A stretch of DNA of 64,000 nucleotides from Octopus vulgaris. Its lineage: Eukaryota. Below, one piece after another: positions 14,479 through 27,365 of the stretch. The stretch spans positions 82,150,001 to 82,214,000 of the forward strand of contig OX597819.1 in NCBI GenBank assembly GCA_951406725.2, written 5' to 3'. A program made the translations under genes and the position numbers. Within the stretch, counting starts at the first letter, position 1; each line of letters opens with the position of its first letter. The notes beneath the pieces were generated by a model that worked only from the letters and a program-made list of their open reading frames with translations, had not been told where the DNA came from and ran no database searches.

Positions 14479-14557
<79 letters not shown>

Positions 14558-14559
<2 letters not shown>

Positions 14560-14925
14560 AAACAAACAGATTTATTAGTATAACGCTCAGGAATAGAAAA
14601 AGTATTTTACGTTTCGAGCCTACGCTCTTCTACAGGAAGGGACACAGAAAAAACAAGGAGAGAAATAAAAAGGAGAGAAAAGGGAGAGAAATAAAGGAGA
14701 GAAAAAATGTGTGTAGTGGCTAACGCGCGCGCGCACATACACGCACACACACACAAACATATATGTATGTATACATTTATATTGTTTTTTTCCTGTCCTT
14801 TTTTGTATCGTCTAACTATCCGGATGTTTTGTCGCCTGTTACGTTCTTGTTTCATTTTTTGCTTTCTTTTTTTATATGTACATATAGCGGCGTACGTACA
14901 CTTTTGGTCTTCGGTATGTAAGTAC
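14558..14925 (-). mobile_element. Short (TA)n-inserted non-coding element carrying a variant hammerhead motif (14605-14640)
   Basis: Minus strand: CUGUAGA A GAGC-guag-GCUC GAAA CG UA. Homologous to 38560-38660 (aacaaacagat.tattag..taac). Flanked by (TA)n. Confidence 0.7.
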
Positions 14926-15029
14926 ATATATATATATAAAACATCATTTGGGTAATGACCTTATAGCATACTTTACAAAGCTCGGGTATCGCTTACGTTT
15001 GTTATCATACGGCTTGAGTTCATCTTTTA

Positions 15030-16360
15030 CTGAATATGCATGTAGAAATCCGTTAGTATCCACAGACTTCATGCCAAAAAATTATAATACATGAAAGTGA
15101 ACTAAACGGGCTTTAATACAAATCACTAAAATTGTTTTTGTACATACACTAATACTTTTCATGTTGGAGCAGCAGCTTTAAAATAACTTTCTCGAAACAT
15201 CTATTGAAAATTTTCTTTTACACATGGCTATAAAATAAATACATATCCATCAAGGTTAGAAATTTTCTCTGTGCGTTTTTCTTAAGATCAGAGCGGAAAA
15301 CCATATAATCTTCTGGGGGTCTATTTTTAGGCTGCGTACTTTTTATGGTAAGAGTGTAAGCTATCTTTTTTTGAAACTACTGTTACCAGAGCATTATTAT
15401 AGGGAGAGCCTTATAAAATATTTCTTTAGAGGGGGAGAGATTAGATGTCCTATATATATCAGCTATTAGGAAGGCGGTTTGCCGATAGAGTCGTTAGCAC
15501 AACTGGCAAAATGATTTGTAGCATTTCGCTCGTCTTTATGTTCTGAGTCCAAATTCCGCCGAGATCGACTTTGCCTTTCATTCTTTCAGGGTCTCCGTAA
15601 AATAAGTACTAGTTGAGCACGGGGGTCGATCTAATCGACTTACTCCACCACACTCCGAAATTACTGGTCTTGTGACAAAATTTGAAATCCATTTTAGTTA
15701 TAAGGTTTGTAAAGACGGTTAGCGTATATACGTAGTTTTTTCATGATGATTATTACAGGAAATTTAAGAGCATTAATTTTGTTCTTGGGAAGCGTCTAAG
15801 AAAATGACTTTAGAGAGGTTTATGGTGATTTTGAGACTTAATTTGCAAAATATCGATATGAAATCTTTCCTAAATGCATCGAAGGAATTACCATAACAGC
15901 CGTGAGATATGCATAATCCATCGTCGCGGTAGAGACCAATATCAGAGTAGGGTAAGCCTCAGCTTTGTCATACGATCCCATTAATACATCAAACAATTCA
16001 CCTGGTTCCGATTTTTGTTTTTACCTATGCTGAACTGTTACCAAAGTGGAAAATATTTTCGCTTAAGTATGATAAAGTCAAGGAAGTTTTGTCAATGGCG
16101 ACGTTTTCTGGAGAACTGATTTGTCTTATCCAGAAAGTCTCTTGATATCGAGGAATAAATATCTATGATATCAAATTGTTCGAATCTAGCTTTATACATT
16201 TCTTTTATGTTCATAAGCCAGTAAATTGCTCTAGGTTTGTAGCACTACCAATTCTTTTATTAATATGTCTTAGTATTTTGGGAACTACTAAACCTATTTT
16301 AGTTCTAGCTCGGTTTAAAAGTCAACAGGTGAACTAATTGTGACCTTTTAAAAATTAGGA
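15030..16360 (-). mobile_element. Penelope-like retroelement RT remnant (frameshifts and stops)
   Basis: Minus-strand motifs in PLE order: LLNRARTKIG (~16310), FEQFDIIDIYSSI (~16160), FDVLMGSYDKAE (~15980), LYRDDGLCI (~15920), YKPY (~15705), KIIWF (~15305), KIFNR (~15205). Interrupted by a SINE. Confidence 0.82.
15471..15690 (+). mobile_element. SINE family 2, inserted in the PLE remnant
   Basis: aaggcgg...gttagcac...ttctgagtccaaattccgccgagatcgactttgcctttcattctttc. Confidence 0.88.
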
Positions 16361-16598
16361 GAGGTACACTTTTGACTAAGCATACTAATTTATATTTTCA
16401 TTATATATATATATATATATTGGAAAAAAACCCACCTTTTATCAATTCAACAATAAAAAAATTAAATTATACCATATAGAAAAACATTACATCTTATAGA
16501 AAAATTTAAAATAAGATAGAAACATAGATGTGAAATTTAATTTAGTATTTCTAAATTGAATTTTTCCCAGTAAGTTTGGAATAATATTCCCTAATATC

Positions 16599-16661
<63 letters not shown>

Positions 16662-17993
16662 GTATATATAGTAGATATATATACACACACATATATACAC
16701 AAATATGTGTGTGCGCGCGCGTGTGTGTTTGTAAACCTATTAAATGATTTTTCGAGTGCCTATTACTTTTACCTCTATTTATCCGTTCTTATACTGTCAC
16801 TCAAAATGTAATTCTTTTCTGTTTTATTATCCTTTCTTGCCTTTCACAAAAAGAAGTATTTTTTCCTTGACTACAAAATATTTATCCCTGTATTTACAGT
16901 GCTTGTGTGTGTTTGTATATCTGTTCGTGTGTAACTAATAATTCCGTGTAGAGAAAATTATAGGGAGTATGAGGCATATCAAACAGGAGAGAGAAAACCA
17001 AACTATGAATGTAATATAAAATATATTACAATTTCAATTTTATTTGGGCTTTGTATATGTCTATGTCTTTCTGTCACTCGTATTCAAATATTCACAGCGT
17101 AATTAATTTTAGATCGTGTATAATTTGATATCTGAGGCAAAAGTATATTGCATACTTAAAATACTTTCTTTCACACAAAGTTATTGCATAAATATATAGA
17201 ACACTCACTTCCTTCCGATTTGTCACAAAAGAGAACACAGTCTGTTGTGTATATATATATTTCTAACTGCATGAAACGAACGAGTTGATAAAAAAAAATA
17301 GGAATTTTGGTTACATTTTGATAAAATATTTCAACAGTTTGTTGTTATATATCTGGATTAGATACCTGAAAATAAACTCCAAAATCAGTAGTAACATTGT
17401 ACAGAAGAATTACTCTCGTTGTATATATAACAATTTATAACCGAAGTTATTTCGCTTTATGACACACAGCATAGGGTAATGTAAAAAATTCTGACGAATG
17501 TCGATATTGCATTCTGTTGTATTAGCTATACAGTAATGTTATATCATGATCAGAGGTTTAACTACAAGCTACGTATGACAGTGGAAGACCTATGAGCTAA
17601 GATAGTAAATAACTATGTTATCCATAGTTTTTCATGTGTAGATACATAGGTTCAAGAGAATTCTATCTCCAGTATGAGGCTATCAGTTTTACGACACTGC
17701 TATAATATAAGAACGTTGACTGTTGAATTACAAATATATAGGTGAGAAGTAATATTCTCAAAGACTTTCCCTAGTCTCACGGGTTTGTCGCTTTCTTTCG
17801 ATGAATGAACATTTGAACTTCAAACATATCGCTATTCCATTTGGGAGCATGATATGTAATGCCCATCTATTTATTTTTAGCTTGTTATTCTTTACTATAA
17901 AGCGTTATTCATTCCTGCAACCAAAAGTTAATATCTTCAATAACTACTTATAAGAAAAGATTTTCTCTCTGTCTTTTTCTTCGAGTCTCTCAA

Positions 17994-18037
<44 letters not shown>

Positions 18038-18075
18038 CACACACAGACACACACATGTATACATACATACATACA

Positions 18076-18121
<46 letters not shown>

Positions 18122-18165
18122 AACGCATATATAAATGTACATACATCTATATATGATATATAATG

Positions 18166-18225
<60 letters not shown>

Positions 18226-18833
18226 TAATATATGTGTGTAACTAAATATATATGTATATATGCGTGTGTGTATGTGTGTATGTGGAAACATGAGAACATC
18301 ACGTTCTGTTTCTTTTCCAGTTCATAAATATTCTTTGGGTTTCTATCCCGAAATAGATTTAGCAATGAAGCGGGGAATACTTGTTTCTTGTCTGATATCG
18401 ATTTTGTTATTTATCTAAGCAACTTGTTTTTGTTTATTTGGGAACATATAATATCTTCGTTTCACAAAGACCTTTATCGAAAGACATTTTTTTTTATTTC
18501 GTTTTTATTTTACAATTGTAAAACACTAAGCACATTTTATCGAGTTTCAACTTCAACCTAATATCTTTTCTGCATAATAACTTGTCAATCCTGATCAATG
18601 AATTGATCCATGTTACTAGACGCACAACTACATTGAAATGTAAAAGAATGACTATAGGTCGATTTTTAGCTGCCATCTTTTATATATTAGTTATAGATAT
18701 TTAATATTCAAACTTTTCGGATTAACAGCTTAAGCTAGAAAGAATACATTGAACATTATATGTTCATAATGGCAATAGAAATAATACTGACGATGATGAT
18801 AATGCTAATACTAATAACAATAGCAATAAAGGA

Positions 18834-18835
<2 letters not shown>

Positions 18836-18918
<83 letters not shown>
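18836..18918. repeat. (AAT)n microsatellite
   Basis: Directly visible. Confidence 0.95.
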
Positions 18919-18922
<4 letters not shown>

Positions 18923-18964
18923 CGACGACAACAACAATGAAAGAAACAACAACAACAACAAAAA

Positions 18965-19170
18965 TGATTTCAAGTTTTGGCGTAAGCTACTAATTTTAAA
19001 GGCAGAGGGCTTTTCGATTACATTACTCCCGGTACGTGACTGGTACTTTATATTTTTGACCGCTAAAAGATGAAAGCAAAGTTAATCGAAGTTGTATTTG
19101 ATCTCAGGATGTCAAGAGCCGGAAGAAATGCCACTAGTTTGCTAATAATTCTGCCAGCATCTCGCCTTAA
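18965..19170 (-). mobile_element. SINE family 2 (diverged)
   Basis: gactggtacttt...aagatgaaag...ttctgccagc..cgcctt matches the family. Confidence 0.75.
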
Positions 19171-19199
19171 TAATAGCGGGGCATAGAATTGCCAAAAAG

Positions 19200-20420
19200 T
19201 GAGTGAATGAGTGGCCTAGATGATGATGAGTACAAATGCCTCGGGATCCTGGAGCTGGACAATATCTTGCGCAGAGGAATCAAAGACAAAAAGTCACCGC
19301 TGCATATTTGAAACACCTCAAACTTTTCCTGGAGTCAAAACTGCGCTTGTGACTGCCATCAACATATGTGGTATTGTTGTAGTTTGCTAAAGTGTATCCA
19401 TTCTGAAATGGTACACGAGCAGAGATTGACTAACTCGATCGCACTTCTCAAAAGACAATGACAATGCATGGTGTCCACCACCCTAAGGTTATATACAAAG
19501 AGGAATGAAGGTGGATGTTGCCTGATAAGCGTACGGCAATGCATCGACAGTAAAAGAAAAAAACTTAACAGAGTATAAGGTAAACAGCGAACAAGACCTA
19601 CTACAATATGCAGCTAATGCAGAACGATCTAATAACAATGGATTTGAGAGTGCTAATGAATTCCGATAACAAATAGCCAACGAAAGAGAAGAAACACTAC
19701 TCCGCATGGAATCATGAGGTCAGTTCTACCGCGAATCTAACAGCTTAAAAGACCAAGAATCATCATGGATGTAGCTCAGTAAAGGTGATGTTAAAAAGAG
19801 AACTGTAATCCTGATCATCGCTGCCCAAGTCTAGTCATTGAATATTAACTCAGTGAAAAGGTAATATGTACCATAAAAATGCAATGAACTTCTGCGGAAT
19901 GTGTGGAAGGAATGTCGAAAGCGTGACTCACATCGTTAGCGCACGTGAAAGTCTTGTGCAGAAAGAGTACAAGCGCAGTTAGCCCTAAAACGTCACTCGC
20001 TACTGTGCCGGAATTATGGATATGAGATAACGGATATGAGATAACGGGCGCTGAAAAGGGGAACACAAAGATCCTCTTGGACTTTGGCTTCCAGACCGAA
20101 TTTAGTAGCCATTAAGAGGGATAAGAAAGAGTGCTTAATAATTGACTGGTTGTGCCAGAAGATACTGTCATGAAAGAAAGACAAAAGTCGACAAATTAAG
20201 ATTGCCAAGAGGTGGCAGCTAGAGAGTCAAACATAAAATTTGTTCTTATCATCGGAGCATTGGGTTCAATACCACCCAACCTGAAGAAAACATCTGGATC
20301 CTTGAGAAATACATTACATACAATCGTGATGTATTGCAAACATCGGCTTTACTTGGAACAGTGCATATTGTATAAAGCGCTGTCTGTATGAGGCTCTTGT
20401 GACTTTACATCACAATATTG
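19200..20420 (+). mobile_element. R4/Dong-clade LINE 3' remnant (RT C-terminus, zinc knuckle, RLE)
   Basis: Frameshifted motifs YKCLGILELD, KLFLESKL, MHGVHHPK-LYTKRNEGG, KGDVKRETVILIIAAQ, ESVTHIVS, RPNLV..CLIID, IIGALGSIP and LLGTVHI. Confidence 0.85.
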
Positions 20421-20479
20421 GATACTGTGTGTTGTCTTAGATAATAACGATGTACTCTCCCGTCGAAGACGACATATAA

Positions 20480-20735
20480 GTATTTAGGTTTAGCTGAATA
20501 ACTAGTACGAATGACTTGTTTATAGTGATCAGATGTATGTGCTATACATTAGCTCATTCTCTCTATCAAATTGACGTTGTCTAAACAGATACACGATGAA
20601 CCACGCCTCAGGTGCCGATGGGATCGCAGAGCAACGTGAGATGAGGCGCTTTGCTCAAAAAGAAACACGCGGTCTATGAATTGAAACCACGATCCCACGA
20701 TCGAGAATGCAACACCCTAACCACTAGGCCATGTG
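20480..20735 (-). mobile_element. SINE (13703-type)
   Basis: gcaacgtgagatgagg.gctttgctcaa...accctaaccactaggcca is the reverse of a tRNA head plus core. Confidence 0.75.
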
Positions 20736-20740
20736 TTCTC

Positions 20741-20809
<69 letters not shown>

Positions 20810-20975
20810 CCTTTCTACTATAGGCACAAGGCCTGAAATTTTGGGCACGGGCATAGTCGATTATATTAACCCCAGTACTCAACTGATACTTATTTTTTCA
20901 ACCTCAAAAGGATAAAAGGCAAATTTGAACTCAAAATGTGAAGACGGACGAAATGCCGCTAAGCTAACGATTCAA
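20741..20975 (-). mobile_element. (AAT)n array plus SINE family 2
   Basis: (AAT)n runs into cctttctactataggcacaaggcctgaaatttt... Confidence 0.85.
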
Positions 20976-21499
20976 CAGACGATAATGCATATGTAAAAAC
21001 ATAAAATCTTTTGAATGATTAAATATCGTACAAATACATGGCCAAATCGACAAGACTTATAATTATGCACCACAAGGCATTGCACGTATATTGCGTACAG
21101 TAAGTACCGTCTATGCAACAGCGAATACAAAATTGAGTGAAAATACTGCACGTACCTACGGGCACAGAGATGTGTTCGGTAGTATAGTAAATGCAGCCAG
21201 CAAAAATAAAATTACTGAAAAATGATGATGATGATGATGATGATGATGACGACGAAAAGTAATATAAAGTAACAACAGTGATTTTAAAAAATACGCAAAG
21301 GAAAACTGATTAGTGTAATAAATGATCATGAAAAAATAGAAAAATCTTCTGTATATCAAAGGAAACAATAAAGTACAAACTAGAAAACTAGACTATGCTG
21401 ATGGAAAATGTTTAGGCAAGGAAAAAGCTCAAGAAAACCTAAAACAAAAATATAAGACAAAAATCAATAGAGAATTCCCAAATATTCTCTAAGGATAAA

Positions 21500-21925
21500 T
21501 ACGAGTAAAAACGAATGCATGGCCAATATTTTGCAATAGTTGACAAAGAGGTAGTAAACTTACATAAAATTCAACAATAGCTCAAACCTTTGAACTGAAA
21601 ATAGGAACGGAAGGTTTTATTTTACCAGTGTAGGATCAAAGGCTAGCAAAGAAAAGTATAAGAAGAAAATAAAAAGAATAGAATAAAAAGTTACCATAAA
21701 ATGCAGATTATGAAATTTGTAGAAATAAACAATTAACCACATCATTTCGGTTGCTACCCAGCCCTTTCAAAGACATAATGTATCCACAGACGAATCTAGG
21801 TTAACAATTCTATCCATTGAGCAAATATGCAAACACTTCAGCTCAAATTGAGAAGTAGCGAGACATTCTTGTCTAGTCTAACAAGAACTTCAATGTGAAT
21901 CATCTAGATATAATTATTTAAAACA
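21500..21925 (+). mobile_element. R4/Dong-clade LINE fragment
   Basis: MHGQY, LKIGTEGFIL..DQ, KCRL, TINHIIS and NHLDIII-like motifs. Confidence 0.65.
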
Positions 21926-24199
21926 GACCTTTGTGACAGATGTGTGGTGTACTACCTCCGCTTGTTTCTCGTCTCCTCATTAGGTTTAACTACTAGGCAC
22001 ACATCTATATCCTCTGCTTTAGTCAATGAAACAAACATTGTGCCATCTATCCACCAAGATTTCTTCGAACTGCTCGGGCATAGGAAACTTAATTTCTGAA
22101 CCCTTCCGCCTCTCAAACAGATAAATGAAAATCAGTTATGTCACTTTTCTTCCTTCTCCTCTTAGGTGGAGTGACGCTATTTTTTAGGGGGCGGGCAGAG
22201 CTGATTAAGGTCCCAGTGTTTGTTTCTAGCTCGTAATTTTAACAAACCTTTTGTTTTTTCTCAGCTCGAGCATGTTAAAAGTGTACAAGAGTGTTTTTAC
22301 AAACGCATTTCTGCAATTATCTATGTGCATCTCGTCTGTCGATGTGGCTAAGAAATGGCCCACGTTCACCTGGTAGCTACAGTATAGATTTTTCAAGTGG
22401 TTTATATTAGCAGTCTATCGCTTGTAAGTTCCACGTTATCGATACATATTTCTTCCTTAATTTGTGCATTATTACTTTCTTCTTCATCCAGTTCACTCAA
22501 ATTGACAATTCGAAGAACTGCGAACTTCATTCAATTCTAAGTGAAATGGGTTCCCCCACACAAGCCACATTCGCTTTCTGTTCCGGTTCCTCTCTTTAAT
22601 TTTATTCATTTATTTTTCGGCATTTTTATTTCCAACAATTTTTCAACCCTGCTCGTGATCTATGTTCTTTTATTGTTGTAACAGAATGAAGTGGTTCTAC
22701 TGGTTGCTGCCAGTTGACATCTTCCGTCAGTTAAGACGATTTCGTTTTGTTATCGTAGATGCTGTAACGGATTGTAGTGTAACAGGTGGTGCACTAGAAG
22801 CGGCAGTTTCTGAGTCCTTTTATTGCTTCTGATGTTCACTTTCTTTCCCCATCTTTCTAGCGACTCTGTGATGAAAGTATTCAATGGCTCTTACTTCCAT
22901 ACATGTAACAGGTGAGCGTTCAACTTTGCACCACAAATTGATTTGTCTTTCCACCATTCGATATAGCTGGTACAAACAAACAATAGACCATATCTTGTAC
23001 ATGGGTTTGGAAATATTTATAAAGAAATTATCCAACGGAAAGAACGGCCGAAAATTGTTGATAAATTGAGCCAAGACATAAAAATGGAAAAGGTAACTGT
23101 GACGAAGTAACTAAAACTGAAAATATTAAATGAATCACAAATGCCAAAATCACAGACACACAGCACAAACAACAATATAAAAACTTAAGAGATGAAAATA
23201 ATATAATAAAATATGTGGATGTGTGATAGAATATTAGACTGAAGCCAATGCTATAAATACGCTAGCACATATGAATACACTAACCATTCCATTTCTAGGT
23301 TACAGCTTTTATATAATAAAGCAGAAGTTTAAAGCTGGAGAGGGCAAACAATAAACTTGCGTCAGAGTGCTGAAAAACACACCTTCAAATCCGATTGATA
23401 GGATAAACCTATTCAGCACACAAGCTGGAAGGATCTGAGGCAAAAAGAAAACTAATGCAAAATAACAATAGAACTACAAAAATACTTTAAAGCATGCAAA
23501 GGGGAAGCTGATAAGTATAACGAAGGAGCATTTTTAAAAGTTTAAAAGGTATTTTGTTTCTATTTAGATGCAAAGAAACGATAAAACATAAGCTGGAGAC
23601 TAATAACTCAAAATTGATAGAATTAGATGAGAATAAATCAACAAAAAGAATTAAAAAAAACAGCAGACGAAAGAAAAGCAGAATTCTAAAATATACTGAC
23701 ATAAAAGTGGGGGGACAAAATCCTTCCACAGCTAATATCCCTTCATACTCAACGAAAAGAAAGTAGGCCAGAGTCCAATTCAACAATGGCTCAAAAACAC
23801 TGGACGATAAGCAGAAACAGGTCTGATATTATTTATACAAAATAATGCCTAGTCCCAAACAACAAAATAAATAACAGAAATAAAGTAATGGAAGTTACTT
23901 AACATGAATAGCAGATAATGCATCCAGTATATTAACGGTTGACCACATTATATCGAGCTGCTAGTCATTTTGAATTCTTTACTATTCCCAAACGGGAACG
24001 AATCGGCAGTTATATTCACTCTGCAACCGAAACGCAGAAAGGAAGTGGTACGAATATTCATCACAGTACATGACAAGGAACTGATCACAGTCGTCTGGAG
24101 CTATGCAAACTCTCTGGGTATAAACCCCAAGAACTACCAATAGACTTCTTGTATGATGAGATACTTCTTGATCCTTTCTAATCCATTATCTGAGTGACT

Positions 24200-25040
24200 A
24201 ATGGGGAAAACAATCAAAATACATGGATCTTGGAACTGGAATAAACAGAATGAGGGGCATGAAAATGAAAAAACAATTCCTTCTAAATATACCAGGAGAG
24301 GGAAAAAGTTATGTAGACCAAGCTTAATGGAGGAAACCTGATTAGAGGCATCAACGCTTGGGCTGTAGATGTGGCACGCTACTGCGCAGGAGTTGCTTTC
24401 AAACTGGAAGTAATATAGGAAGGCTTTACTTACCTTGAAAGGAAGGAGGAAGAGGAATGGTTGGAATAGCGGATAATGTTATTAATGAGATCAAGTCCTT
24501 GCATGCCTATCTAAGAAATAGCGATGAAAAATGTTACAGGTTGCACTAAGTGAAGTGGTAATCAGTGCCCACGGTGAGACCAAGTTCAAAATGAGGACTA
24601 ATAAAGGAAAGATCAGCTACTGGAAAGAGAAAATTCTACACGAAGACTTTTTCAAGCAAACATCGAATCAAACGGATGAAGCATGTTGGAAATGGTTAAG
24701 ACACGGATTTTTTTTAAGGCGACAGGACTAATCTTTGCTGCTGAAGAACTATCTTTACGAACCAACTCAATTAAATGTAGCTTTGATAAGACAGCAGTAT
24801 ACCTTTGTCTAGACTATGTGAAAAATCATCTGGAACTGCAAGATATATATAATATTCTGGCATGAAATGCTCTAAATACCAAACTTTATAGGAAATACAC
24901 CGTTGGTACCAATACTTGGAACAGCATATGTGTTGAGAAAAGTGTTGAGTCTCTAAACTGCGGGATGGTGCGGAGACTCCTTAGTGAGGAGTCGAACATG
25001 AATCCAGTTTTCTTGTTTGTGTTGTGTTAAACTGCTTGCA
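24200..25040 (+). mobile_element. R4/Dong-clade LINE remnant, internally deleted
   Basis: KLNGGNLIRGINAWAV..RY, WKEKILHEDFFKQ, WKWLRHGFF, GLIFAAEELSLRTNSIK and terminal ILGTAYVLRKVLSL-stop (~24957). Confidence 0.85.
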
Positions 25041-25339
25041 CGTTGGTATGACAATATTCAGTCAAAGTTTAGATAACAAAGTTAGTCAAAGTTTAGTCAA
25101 AGTTTTATATAACTGTGCTTTTACAAAAAGTGCATGTGAAATAGTAAAAGGTGTACAAACGTGGTTGTTTCATAGCTAGTGAAAACTTATTGGTCGGTAG
25201 TTGGCTGGAGAATAGTCAGTTGACATTAATGGTTAAAGGTTCACCTTATGAACGCGCCAGCTACATAATGAGTTAACTGTAATGGCTCCGAGAGCCAGAA
25301 GTCAAGAACTCAGAATATGAATAAGAATAGACATATTTC

Positions 25340-25562
25340 TACGATAGGCTCAAGGCCTGAAATTTCTGAGGAAGGAGTTAGTCGATTATATTGCCCCAAT
25401 GCATGACGGGTGCATATTTTATCGACTCCGAAAGATAGAGAGTGACATTTGAACTCAATGTCACATTTGATCTCGGTGACATTTGAACTCAAGACGTAGA
25501 GACGGACGAAATACTACTAAGCATTTTGTCCGGCAAGCCAATGATTCAGCCACCTCGCGCCT
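25340..25562 (-). mobile_element. SINE family 2
   Basis: aggctcaaggcctgaaattt...atttgaactcaagacgtagagacggacgaaatac... Confidence 0.85.
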
Positions 25563-25599
25563 TATATTACTACTACTACCACCACTACTACTACTTATT

Positions 25600-25782
25600 T
25601 CATCAGATATCACTCTCATCAAAAGTAATCCAAAGAATGGACCTTCATGGCAGACCAGAGTATCGTGAAGACAGAGAACGTAAAGTTACGAAGTACCAAG
25701 ACACGTTGCATCTTTAAGCTACGGGAAGGAGCTAAGATGTAACATAGATAACCCAAGGAAAGAAAAGAGATAATAATAATAG
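25600..25782 (+). mobile_element. R4/Dong RLE-domain 3' fragment ending in (TAA)n
   Basis: REDRERKVTKYQD resembles the RLE motif KExEKxxKYxxL. Confidence 0.5.
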
Positions 25783-27106
25783 TTCTTTCCAATTTTGGTA
25801 CAGATGTAGCAATTTTAGTGGACGGGACTAGTTGATTGCATCAACTCCTGTACTCAACTGGTACTTACTTTATCGAAGTAAAGGCAAAGCCGACCCTGGT
25901 AGTATTTAGAACGTAGAATGCCAGGACAGTTCCTGAAATTGCTTTAGCAATTATGCCAACCCGTCGGCCTTCATACAAATAAAAGATGTAAAACAAATAA
26001 GGGCAACTCACCTCAAACCAGTAAGGAGCTGCCTGTTAGGTTGAGTCAATGCGTCCCATGTCCCTGAACATGTTCTTTTCTTATATCTCCTCTGCCATAT
26101 TATTGCCTCTTTGCTGGGGATTCAGCGATCGTAAATCTCATGCAATCCCAAACTGCAATCGGCTCTTCTTACTGTTTTTCGCCTGAACTCTTTTTCTTCT
26201 GTCTTCGATATTTTGTCGCCTCTCTATATTTTACATTTTTTTTCTCTCGGTGCACACATTGCGGTTTTACGCCCTTTCTGGACAAAAGAATACTCGCTTT
26301 GTTATTTGTTCCCACACATGTTATGATTAAGTTTCTACTATGTATCCCAAAACTTGTTGCTTTACTCTTCTACTCCTACAACGGGATGCAGCTCCAGTAT
26401 AGTATCATGGCTTTCGTGGGGTGAGGGAGAGGGTTATCAGGACATGTACTTTCATTCAGGATCCAACCGACCGTATACCAGTGCGTATCATTGATGCACT
26501 CACCAAGTACTCGTACTGTGCTGCAAAGATGACGATGATATCACATCCATGACAAAGTCTGTATTGCAATTAATCTACGTGCTAAGTATTTCCATGTACT
26601 GCGGTATCGTTGCTTCACTTTGTCCTCGGTCTAAAAGACCATACATACACTCTTATACGCTTTACTGACACTTGAATGATTCCTCATTGTGCCATACATC
26701 GGCCAGAGCTTTTACAACTGCTCTTTTGGAAGCATATTAAACCCTCGCTGATTTGAGAAAAACGGGGATATTTTACTTTCCCTGCAGCGGTATTTTTATG
26801 ATTTCATCAATCAAGAGAGTACTCATTTTTGTTATTTATTTTCCTGTGTCATTTTTTTCTCCACGAGAGCTGACCCATAACCAACATTTCTCTCCGGTTT
26901 CTAAAGTTCAAACAGCTGCTGCTTTGCTTTTGTTATAAAACTCACCGAAACTAATATTACATCTTTTTCATGTTCATTTGTATTTGTGAAAGTATTCACA
27001 TTTGTTTTTTTCTCTTTTTTTAAAAGTCTGTGAACTTTGAGTCACTTCTGTAATTTTTCACCCGCCTAACTTGTGTGCGTGTGTGTGTGTGCATTAATGT
27101 ATGTAT

Positions 27107-27293
27107 ACATGCACACATAAATGTACGTAAGTATAAACACATATATCTACATATACATATTTATGTGTATATATATGTATATATATCTACATGCACACAT
27201 AAATGTACGTAAGTATAAACACATATATCTACATATACATATTTATGTGTATATATATGTATATATATCTACATATACATATTTATGTGTATA

Positions 27294-27300
<7 letters not shown>
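27107..27300. repeat. 82-bp tandem duplication plus partial third unit
   Basis: acatgcacacataaatgtacgtaagtataaacac occurs at 27107 and 27189. Confidence 0.85.
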
Positions 27301-27347
<47 letters not shown>

Positions 27348-27365
27348 CATACATGCATATAGAGA

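Noticed and set aside
21950-23100. LTR retrotransposon gag-like remnant
   Set aside because: No diagnostic motif or paired LTR could be read.
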